This document shows, in pieces, positions 13,001 through 23,200 of a stretch of DNA of 64,000 bases (position 1 is the first letter of the stretch; each line of letters starts with the position of its first letter). The notes under the pieces were generated by a model. That model saw only the letters and a list, made by a program, of their open reading frames with translations, was not told the origin of the DNA and searched no databases. The position numbers and the translations under genes are program-made. Source of the stretch: Macrostomum lignano (taxonomy: Eukaryota); contig NIVC01000416.1 of the NCBI GenBank assembly GCA_002269645.1, positions 310,001 to 374,000 on the forward strand. Reading direction: 5' to 3'.

Positions 13001-16000
13001 TAAAGGAACCAAAAATTTCAATTTTCCATTTTGATTTGAAAAAAAAATTCAATCCATCACTACCTTATGGGAATTCCTATGTGTTACCCGGCGTTCAAAT
13101 CAGATGCTTACTGTATGCTTATAAGGTGACGAAGAACAATGAAATTACACTTGAATATATATTATTGTGGCGTGTATGCAAGAAAAAAAGAATTTTCCAA
13201 ATTGCTTCAGTAGAAGCTGAGTAAAATGCAATTTTCTGATCCTTATGGGAATCTGTATGCTTTTAATAAACTTATGGTTGAATACAATATTTATTGAAAA
13301 CAAACTCTACAAAATACACATTGTCAATAGTAACCAAAGTAATAAACAAAAAAACAATAAAAAGAATGTTAAATATGTTGTAGCATCATAGAATATAATA
13401 TTATAAGATATTTTAGGTTTATAAAAACACAATTAGAGTTCTTCTATCATTTTTATTAGTCATTTTAGGTCATAATTAAATTTACCATTTTAACAATTCA
13501 TTTTATAAAAAATAAGGCTATATATAAATAATTTGTACTATTAAAGATGTATTTAACTTTTAAAAACTTAAATTAATTTATTTTATGGCTTTTTTGCTTT
13601 CAAATCACCAAAAACGAATTAAAAAAACTTGTCTCTGATTTTTGGATTTTGTTTTAAGAAAAAGCCTTATAGAACACACATTTTAGATTGATGATAATAG
13701 TCATGCCTATAAGTTCAAATATTATAGACATGGTCGCCGTGCCTATAAGCTCCATACTTATAGACCTATAGTCAGGAAGGTGGCACAGTGTGCGCTGGAA
13801 TAATTTTTTGGGACAATTTGTGCCCCGTCTATGTGCCATTTGTGCGCTGTCTGTGCACCGTCTGTGCGCCACTCTTCACAAGTAGAGTTTTCTAAGAAAG
13901 GCCTTCATACAAAAAGCCTTTTTAAAATGTTATACATATTTTCATTTTAAACAAACTTAAATTATACCTACAAATAGAGTAATGCAAAATTGACATTTTT
14001 AGCGATAATTTATACTAAATTTATTTACTGTTAATTTTAAAGAAGCAAAAAGTTTATCACTGACTTTCTAGACTATACAAATCTCTTATTTTACGTAAAA
14101 TTGTTAATTTGCATTACAATTTTCATGCATGTCAGGGACCTTATGCATTGCAATTATGCGCCGTATGCGCTAAGGACCTCAGTATGCGCCATGATTGTGC
14201 GCCAAGTGCACCAAGGACCCCTTGTGTGCGCTGCACTTGTGTGCCAATGTGCGCCAAGACCCTTTGTGTGTGCGGGAATTTTCCCCCTCAGAGGCCACCT
14301 TCCTGACTATGGTCAGGATTGGGCTACTGGGGGCCATACATAGCCCAGCAGTAGCGCAGCTGCTCTGGTGTGCCAGCGACCCAGGCTTGATTCCAAGTAC
14401 AGTCATATTAATTTGAGGCTGAATTGGAATCTCGGCTTGGCTCTGCTCATGCAATTAACGGCCTTGAGGGCCAACCCCTCCAAGGCACAGTGAAGTGTAC
14501 ATGCCTAACGATAATATAAAGTTAGGGCCACTGTACACTCCTATGTGAGTGTGTGCCTGCATATGTATCCGCGCACTTGTATGCTTGCTCAGGGGAGTCG
14601 GCGGAATAGGCAGTAATGCCTCTCGCCGGTTGTGTGCCTATGTTTTTTAAAGTGCGCCAGGGTGCACACAACCCCCCTGCCTCTAATAAAAAATGGTTAT
14701 AGACATGGCTACGATGCCTAAAAGTACTCCATAATGAATATTATGTCATTGGTATTTGCTTGCCTATGATATTATTCAATTATTTGCTTTCCAATATATC
14801 CAAATTAATCAAGATTTTAAGAGTATATCAAAAGTTATCATGATAGAACTTTGCTTTTATAATTTAATACTAATAATTTGTAGAGCCAGTTGATATTCAT
14901 AACTAGCTTAGGCCTTAATAAGGACAAAGAAATATTTGAATAAAATTGATTAAGACAATTTGACTGTAAAATTCAAAAACAATAAAATAGTAAATAATAA
15001 ACTATTTTTTGAATATACTATAGTTGCATATACTAACTATTTCTTCTTTTTGTTCAAATTTTCATTTCAATTGATTCTTTTAATTTTAATCCTATATACT
15101 ACAGTACAGGTAGGGACTCCAGTGAGGTTACTGTAAAGCTGATAATTACACGAAAAATCGTAAAATAATGTTTTTTAAAAATGAAATTGCCATGCATAGA
15201 AAATGTTTATAGTAAAAACAAAATATACATGTTAAAGAAGAGTTTCTATTCTTTTTAATGAGATAAAGAAACAAAAAATATATACATTGTATGCCGAGTA
15301 ATGTCCCACTGAACTTCGTCTTTTTTTTAATACACTCGTTTTGTTGCCAAAAAAAGTGACTTTCGAAAGTTCGTTTTTTTGTTGGAAAGCAATTATTTTA
15401 ACAAAATATAACTATTTATTGATACAAACAACTATATTTACAAACATTTTTTGACATTTTGAGAATAAATTTTTTTTCTTTTCTCCCTATTTAGACAGTA
15501 TAAAAAAATTAAAGTTGAATAAAAATCGTACCCGTATTTCCGAAGCTTAGTAAAACCCGGAAATGAATGCTACTCCGTAATATGATTACATTAAAAAAAC
15601 CGCACATGTCTATCTACATCCGCCAAAAAGTTATTGAAGCCTGTTTTTTGCCTATCTCTTCAGTGTAAAATAGACGGATAAAACAGAAAATTTAAATTTT
15701 TTTCTAGCAGTAATTTCCGAAGACTATTCTTCTACTGCATTTAATAGAGGAACTTATAGGAATTCTTCACAGCACTTTTATATCTTTCCACATACATCCG
15801 CCGAGGAGCAGCAGCAATGTTTGCTTTTTAGTAGCGATACTACTTACATACTACTTATATAAAAAGTGGCTTATTATGGCTTTTCTTAACCAAAAAGAAG
15901 ACGTTTTACCATTGCAAATTAGTTTTGAAGGCAAAATAATACAAATAAATGTATGCTTTAGCTTATTGAGCTATAGCAATTGCAATCCCAATAAATGACC

Positions 16001-17338
16001 CCTTGAATGCACGTAACCTTGGTCTGCAATTCAAACTCCCATAAAAATGAACTGAATTTTATAAGAAATTGTGTTTATTCCATTTGTAAGTTTAATAAGC
16101 AATTTCACAATATACAATTTTAAGTACAATATATTTTTAAATACTTCTTTACACTTGTTTACAGAAATGTTCATCGGTAACTTTATTCACAATATACAAT
16201 TTTACAATAAGGATAGGCTCAATCAAAAAATATACAAGACAATAGTATCAACAATTATTTACCTATATGTTTTACAGTTAAAAAGCAAAGCAGACAATAT
16301 ACATTATGTGTGTAAAGACAATAAGCATTAAATATATGCTAACTTCAGTCTTCAGTTGCAGCTACTCAACAAGCAATAATATTGGAAAAAAAAGAACAAG
16401 AGCTTTTAAATAAACCAAAGTACACAAAAAAAAACATTTTCATATGTTTTTCATTAAAAAAACAAATCAAACTTTATATATATTCATTAGTCTAAAAAAT
16501 ATAATCATTCAAAGTTGAAAAATGTGCAATTTTAAGATATGCTATCAAGTTCCAGTAGCAAAAAAGTCACAAAGTTGGTGAATTTTTTAACCTTTGTCAA
16601 TATATAGGAAAAAATGGTATAAAAATATATACTTTTATATGTTGTGGAGTAAACAAATAAAAAAGATTTCAGAAAAAGCAATTAACTTTTAAATAATAGT
16701 CATTTGAAATTTTAATTTTGCTCTATTTTTGATGTGCATTTTTCACTTTTTAAAAATTCAAATGCAAACCCCAAGAAAGATACATTAGAAAGAATAAAAA
16801 CAATTTGTTAATCTTATGTAGAACTGCTTGGTCTTTAAAATGATACCAGACTCAATATTGTATGTTGAATAGCAAAAAAGATATGACAACAAAAAGTGAA
16901 AAATTTTGTTTTCGTACATCTAATGGCAACAATCTATAATGTATTTTTCCTATCTAAAAAACGTAATTTTTTGGGCACAAAAAATGCTATAACTTTTTTA
17001 TTACTCAACCAAATTTAATAAGTGAAGCCATTTTGTGATGCTGTTATTGTCCTCTATCAGATATATATCTGAAAATATATAAATTTTAAAGTTTCAAAAT
17101 CTCACTGGAGTCCCTAGTACAGGCCTAGAATAAACAACTTGACAAAACATGTTAGAAAAATAAATAAATGCCAATAAATCTATAGCTTTAAAAGTCAGTG
17201 AATAAAGAAAAATTATTAGTTAGGTCTTAGGAGCTCACCTTTGTTACTAATGGTAAGTACTTTTTCCCATTCAGAGGCCTTCACAGCTGCATTTAGATCA
17301 CTATATAATCCAGGAACTATAGAAACATTAGTGCTCAT
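1028..17338 (-). CDS. SRP72: Signal recognition particle subunit SRP72; exons (minus) 17239-17338, 9203-9435, 7811-8001, 6336-6519, 5561-5816, 3351-3783, 2068-2358, 1028-1433; 2094 nt, 697 aa
   Basis: All introns are GT-AG with consistent phases. Motifs FERAYCEYRLNR, VLYRLERF, YNVACALIG, NRDQNLFDSKKRIK, KKKKKGKLPKNFDP..PDPERWLPRRERSYYRG and C-terminal KKKARGGRW match SRP72. Confidence 0.95.
1491..2046. repeat. 20-bp minisatellite (AAGTTGAGATACTGGCGCTA)n, SRP72 intron 7
   Basis: Tandem units read directly. Confidence 0.95.
2473..3328. repeat. 28-bp (with 32-bp variants) minisatellite (GGATCTGGGAGGCTGGCCCAGCAACTGA)n, SRP72 intron 6
   Basis: Period 28; source of the repetitive ORFs at 2064-3601. 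Confidence 0.95.
3893..5490. repeat. 20-bp minisatellite (CTGCTAAGAGACACGGGGTC)n, SRP72 intron 5
   Basis: About 80 units, with a variant block (CAGGGCCCTACTTAAAGACA) at ~5260-5470. Confidence 0.95.
5927..6172. repeat. 23-bp minisatellite (CAGGATTGGGACACCACAGGTCT)n, SRP72 intron 4
   Basis: Period 23, degenerate. Confidence 0.9.
6576..7795. repeat. 22-bp minisatellite (CCCCAACTCCTGCTGCTACCCT)n, SRP72 intron 3
   Basis: Highly homogeneous array with period 22. Confidence 0.95.
8426..8988. repeat. 28-bp minisatellite, same family as in intron 6, SRP72 intron 2
   Basis: Units GGATCTGGGAGGCTGGCCCAGCAACTGA, with GGATGG and GGACACAGCG variants. Confidence 0.95.
12154..13062. mobile_element. Non-autonomous hAT-type element (MITE), 909 bp
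   Basis: 11-bp TIR TAGTGATGGAT...ATCCATCACTA; 8-bp TSD CCTTATGG at 12146-12153 and 13063-13070. Confidence 0.8.
13768..14310. mobile_element. MITE-like element with 17-bp TIR
   Basis: ATAGTCAGGAAGGTGGC (13768) and GCCACCTTCCTGACTAT (ending 14310); internal GTGCGC-rich motifs; no clear TSD. Confidence 0.6.
14329..14693 (+). mobile_element. Degenerate tRNA-derived SINE
   Basis: A-box-like TAGCCCAGCAGTAG, B-box-like GGCTTGATTCCA, ~360-bp body ending in AATAAAAA. Confidence 0.45.
15111..17116. mobile_element. Non-autonomous DNA transposon, 2.0 kb, 16-bp perfect TIR, apparent 7-bp TSD
   Basis: TAGGGACTCCAGTGAG...CTCACTGGAGTCCCTA flanked by GTACAGG (15104-15110 and 17117-17123); AT-rich, no long ORF. 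Confidence 0.8.
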
Positions 17339-18304
17339 TCTAAGGTTCTTTAGGTTTGATTAAACTTACAAAAAAAGGTTTAGCTCTAAAGTAATGCAGC
17401 TTACCAGGCTTAGCAATAATTTCAGCGAATCGATTTCTTTGAAAGGTAGGCCTACTTCGTCAACTGGCGTGAACTCACATTTCTTGCAATATGTGATAAA
17501 CTGGATGCGCAGTTTGCAGACAATAGCTTAAACAAAAGAAAAAATAAAGAATTATTCTTGTATGCTAAATGTACATTACATGTGTAATTGATTTGCTTAA
17601 AGACTAATTTGTTTTGGATTAAACAATAAATATTATTTTATGTGAAGATTTTTACGAGTTTCGGTTTTTTTAGTGTTTCTTAGAAATCGTCACTAACTAT
17701 ATATATATCATATACGCCCATTATTCCGATGGATTTTAAGGTCCTTTCAACCATGATATTAACGAAATCTTTTTTGCGTGGTATAACTTTTCAGCTCTCA
17801 AACTTTTCTCCCTTGGTTGAATGAATTAAGGCTTTAGAATAGACTTAATTAAGACTTTATTATTTCAGATCGATGCCGATTGCGGATGGCCTTTCAACTA
17901 CATGCCATGTACATGTAGCACTGATGTTTCCGCAAGAGTTTATGTACCTCAAGGACCACTGTAGTATATAACTACACTTTCCGTTTCTCTGCTCGTTCGA
18001 TTCTTTCCTTCCCCTTTTATTTCCTAATTTTCCTATCATTATTGTGTCAATTAATTATTTTCCTCTTTTTCTTTCATGCTTTTTAATACCAATTTAATTT
18101 TCCATTAGAACTCTATTGTTTCAATCCGAATCTTTTCGCGACTTTTGGCGGGCCTGAACTTTTTGAGGATTTCGAAGGGCGGGACATTTTGACTTTTGGT
18201 TGGGTTTGAGTGTAACGATCGAAGCTCGGATATTAAAAAAGTTCGAATGATCGAGTTTTAACAAATCGGCTCAGCCCAATCAGAATCGACGTGTTCCAAA
18301 AATA

Positions 18305-18605
18305 GTGCTTGAATGCGGCGACAAAATGAGTGCCTGTCTGCGGTGCCGTCGTACATGTAATTGAATGCCTGAATGCGGCGCCAAAATGAGTGCCTAAAAT
18401 AGCCTGTGGGCTGTGGCCCCATAATGAGTGCCTGCAATGCGGCGCCAAAAAAGTGCCTGCGGCGCTAAAATGAGTGCTTGTGGCGCCAAGATGAGTGCCT
18501 GCGGCGCCAAAAAAGTGCCTGCGGCGCTAAAATGAGTGCTTGTGGCGCCATAATGAGTGCCTGTGGCGCTAAAATAAGTGCCTGAATGCGGAGCGCCAAA
18601 ATGAT
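18305..18605. repeat. 21-bp minisatellite (GCCTGCGGCGCTAAAATGAGT)n upstream of SRP72
   Basis: Period 21; the reverse-complement family occurs at 47221-47325. Confidence 0.85.
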
Positions 18606-19239
18606 TGCAAACAACACCAAACTTATGTAGAAATGTAGAATTCTTGGCTTTTTCACCCCCACCATAAAATCATGATGGCGCCATCCCTACCACTGGCAGT
18701 CTGAGTGCAGCTGTATTTGTTTCGTCGGGTGAGGCTTTTTGAACCTGCTTAGGTGTGGGAGCCCTCTAATTATCTGGCCCCGAGTTTTCAGTAGCCCGAT
18801 AGGGTGCTGAACTTAATTGCTTGCTTCTTCGTGAGCTTTTCCGAGGCAGAAGTCCAACGTTTAATACTAATTAGAGTAGTTTATTCGCTCTGAATCAGCT
18901 TAATTATAACTGGCATGTATGTTTAGTGAGAACTAAAGCAAATCTTTTTTCTGATCTCCGGATTAACTGATTTCTCAAATTTTCTCTGCTTGTCTCTCAC
19001 CAACTGTCTTTCCTTAGCTATCGGACCCAGCTGTATCACATATCTATAGGCTACCTTGGGACTGCATGAGAATATATAGACAGGATCGTGGGAGGTTGGA
19101 GCATTAAGTGATTGATTCCTATGCTCTGATCGATCCGATAAGCCTCCGATTAAGGGCTTAAGAATTTGCGGAACCGATCATAGGATCGAAATTTGGCTCT
19201 AAAATCTAGCTTGCGTAACTAGATTAACTCCAAAATCCC

Positions 19240-19920
19240 CACTTGGGCCCATGCAAGCCATAGACTACAGAAATGTATTTATTTAACACTTGGGCCCCAC
19301 CATAGACTACAGAAATGTATTTATTTAACACTTGGGCCCCGCCATAGACTACAGAAATGTATTTATTTAACACTTGGGCCCCGCCATAGACTACAGAAAT
19401 GTATTTATTTAACACTTGGGCCCCGCCATAGACTACAGAAATGTATTTATTTAACACTTGGGCCCGCCATAGACTACAGAAATGTATTTATTTAACACTT
19501 GAGGCCATGCCATAGACTACAGAAATGTATTTATTTAACACTTGAGGCCATGCCATAGACTATACAGAAATGTATTTATTTAACACTTGAGGCCATGCCA
19601 TAGACTACAGAAATGTATTTATTTAACACTTGAGGCCCCGCCATAGACTACAGAAATGTATTTATTTAACACTTGGGCCCCGCCATAGACTACAGAAATG
19701 TATTTATTTAACACTTGAGGCCCCGCCATGACTACAGAAATGTATTTATTTAACACTTGGGCCCCGCCATGACTACAGAAATGTATTTATTTAACACTTG
19801 AGGCCCCGCCATAGACTACAGAAATGTATTTATTTAACACTTGAGGCCCCGCCATGACTACAGAAATGTATTTATTTAACACTTGGGCCCCGCCATAGAC
19901 TACAGAAATGTATTTATTTG
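19240..19920. repeat. ~42-bp minisatellite (CCATAGACTACAGAAATGTATTTATTTAACACTTGGGCCCCG)n, intergenic
   Basis: About 16 near-identical units with no unique spacers. Confidence 0.95.
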
Positions 19921-20214
19921 GCCTCAAGCAATAAAATACTAAATAAATTGCAGCCACACACGTGCGCTAGCAAAGCCATAGGTTTGCAATCGTTTTTATT
20001 CACGTGCACCCAAAGTTGAAACACGTGCTCAACAGCATAAGTCTAGTCTAGTACAGTAATTGTTGCTTTTATTTATATATACAAAGGGGGTGAAAGAGAA
20101 GACGATGCTATGGCGCTCAGTTGCTCTATTCAGACAAAATTTCACTACGCCATCTTGTCTAATTTTACCACACCTTTTATCGCGCAATACTGATTGGCGC
20201 TAATTGAATCTAAA

Positions 20215-23200
20215 ATGGTCTTTGTAGCAAGTTTGCCCGTGGCACTGCTTCTACTACAGTGCTTTGCTGGCTGTTCTGCCGATAGCAGCGGCTGGCCATC
20301 TGAAGACGATAGCACACTCTCTGTTCACGGTAAGAACGGACGACTCAAGTATAGTATGGGGAAACATTGTTTCTTACAAAACTGACGATCGGGGGCTGGA
20401 TTTGCGGGAAAGTTATACCCATAGTTGTTGATTATCGTGAAGCTTTCTTAGAAAAATAGAAGGATTCATAATGGTTTCGAATAATTTTTGTGCAAGTAGA
20501 GTGACATAAACTGCACTTTATATCAACTTAAATTATAGTTACTGATATAAAAATAACTAAAAATACATTTTTACCTTACAGGACACACTAGAAATGTGAT
20601 CATAAGCGGTGAGAGCGCTAGTTACTATTTTAGATGCATTGCAAATAATAATTCAAATCAAATTGTTACATTGAATTTTTAGCGTGAAAATCGAACTTTA
20701 CAGATCAGGGCAGCTCAGTGCCAGTGCCAGAGACGGACATCATTCAGCAGGAGACGGTGTGGCTCAATGGTGGAGACGAAACTGCGAGCCACGAAGTCAG
20801 TCACAAGTATTACGGTGAGTCTGGGAATATCAATTTTAAGTAGACAATTTGAATTGAATGTGGAAAAGCTTTAGGAATTGAAATTTAATAGCGAAGTTAA
20901 AAGGCTTAGAAAACATAACAGCTTGAGGAAGTTGAAGCTTACAGATTTTGAAGCTTTGTGACAATGTGAACCTTGTAGATTGTGAAGCTTTGTGACAATG
21001 TGAACCTTGTAGATTGTGAAGCTTTGTGACAATGTGAACCTTGTAGTTTGTGGTGAAGCTTTGTGACAATGTGAACCTTGTAGATTGAAGCTTTGTGACA
21101 ATGTGAACCTTGTAGATTGTGAAGCTTTGTGACAATGTGAGCCTTGTAGTTTGTGGTGAAGCTTTGTGACAATGTGAACCTTGTAGATTGTGAAGCTTTG
21201 TGACAATGTGAACCTTGTAGATTGTGAAGCTTTGTGACAATGTGAACCTTGTAGATTGTGAAGCTTTGTGACAATGTGAACCTTGTAGTTTGTGGTGAAG
21301 CTTTGTGACAATGTGAACCTTGTAGATTGAAGCTTTGTGACAATGTGAACCTTGTAGATTGTGAAGCTTTGTGACAATGTGAGCCTTGTAGTTTGTGGTG
21401 AAGCTTTGTGACAATGTGAACCTTGTAGATTGTGAAGCTTTGTGACAATGTGAGCCTTGTAGTTTGTGGTGAAGCTTTGTGACAATGTGAACCTTGTAGA
21501 TTGAAGCTTTGTGACAATGTGAACCTTGTAGATTGTGAAGCTTTGTGACAATGTGAGCCTTGTAGTTTGTGGTGAAGCTTTGTGACAATGTGAACCTTGT
21601 AGATTGAAGCTTTGTGACAATGTGAACCTTGTAGATTGTGAAGCTTTGTGACAATGTGAGCCTTGTAGTTTGTGGTGAAGCTTTGTGACAATGTGAACCT
21701 TGTAGATTGTGGTGAAGCTTTGTGACAATGTGAATCTTGTAGACTGTGAAGCTTCGCAAGCTTTACTACAAAATTCTCAAACATTTGCATTGCATTTGCA
21801 TTTCAGATCTAACTATCATTTTTGCAATGCAGGGTTTAGCTACAGCTAGTATTTTCCTCGAAAATGCTCTAATGCATTTTATAGTTTTCGCTCTGGAATG
21901 GATGTGACCACGAGTGTAAAAATAGCGAGAAGCAGGCTCTGCGTCTGTGCCATTGAATAGGGGTGGGCAAAAGCTTGGAAGCCACAGCACGTGTCGCCCA
22001 TCCGAGGACAGAATAAACACTTCAATAGCTAGCTTATACGACTCAAAACTTAGAGCACAAGCTCGAAACGCGTGATGAAAACAATGAAAAAACGTGCAAA
22101 AAAATGGCACGATTCTCTTCTGTAATAGCCAGCGGCTAGATAAATGCGCCGCGCCCAGATCTTGTGGGTAGCTCAACGATAAAGGCCGGTTCGCATTACT
22201 GCCAGTAGCCCCGCGGGCAAAAGATTGGCCAAATCAATTTTGAAACAGACTAATTTTGGTCTGAACCAACTGCGCATGATTCGAGCTATTTAATAGCTAT
22301 AATGCAAATTCGGCCTTAAGAAGACTACATGTCTACATGTACATGGCCGCTTCCAACGGAGAGAAAGTGTCAAGTCATGTCATTCTTAGCCGACTGTAAT
22401 TAACAATATGTTGTCACAGAGATGATACGAGTAAAATACGAGTAGATTCATAAAGCCATTGAGTCGAGCTGTGCCATGCATTTTTATGATTTTCAAGTAC
22501 AGGGCATTTACATAGGACATAAAATTAGCATTAGAGTCCTAATTTTATAAATTCTAAAGATTCAGCGGAGTGGGCAGAACTTCTAATTGCTTCCTCGCTG
22601 GCCGTATCTGCCCGCCATCAATAAAGCCATCATTAATGGTGATGGCCGAGCCGAAATTGGTCTCTGTTTGACTTCGGTTTCAACGAGTCTTAAAGAGTGC
22701 TTTTAAAAGTACATGTAGCTTACGAGCTACAAGCTCGCAAGTATTGTGGAACATTTCATACACGAGCTATCCAATTTTTATTTTCCTGCTGCTAAATGCA
22801 ATTTAATGCTCATAAACTTCTGTTTATCTATAACTTAATAACCTACACAGGACCGGTTCAGGAACTGAAGCTGAGACTCTGCAGCCAGAGTTCCACGGCG
22901 TTCTCTGGGATCTGCAGCCGAGCCATTGACGGCAACACCAACCAGAACTACAGAAAGCTCTCCTGCACTCACACCAAAACAGAGAGGGGCTGGTGGCAGG
23001 CCAGACTCACCAGCAGGGCTTACATCAAGCGAATCCAAATCTACAACAGACGCGACTGCTGCGCAAACAGACTGCGCAACTTCTACATCACAGTTGACGG
23101 GCACAAGTGCGCCGAGTACCACTCAAGCAAAGCCTTCTCTGTGAAAACATTCAACTGCGATCGAGTTGGCGCGGTGGTCCGCATTCACAGCAGAATGAGT

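Noticed and set aside
19240-19920. CRISPR-like appearance of the 42-bp, 41-bp (40.0 kb) and 34-bp arrays
   Set aside because: Units are head-to-tail with no unique spacers, there are no cas genes, and the context is eukaryotic.
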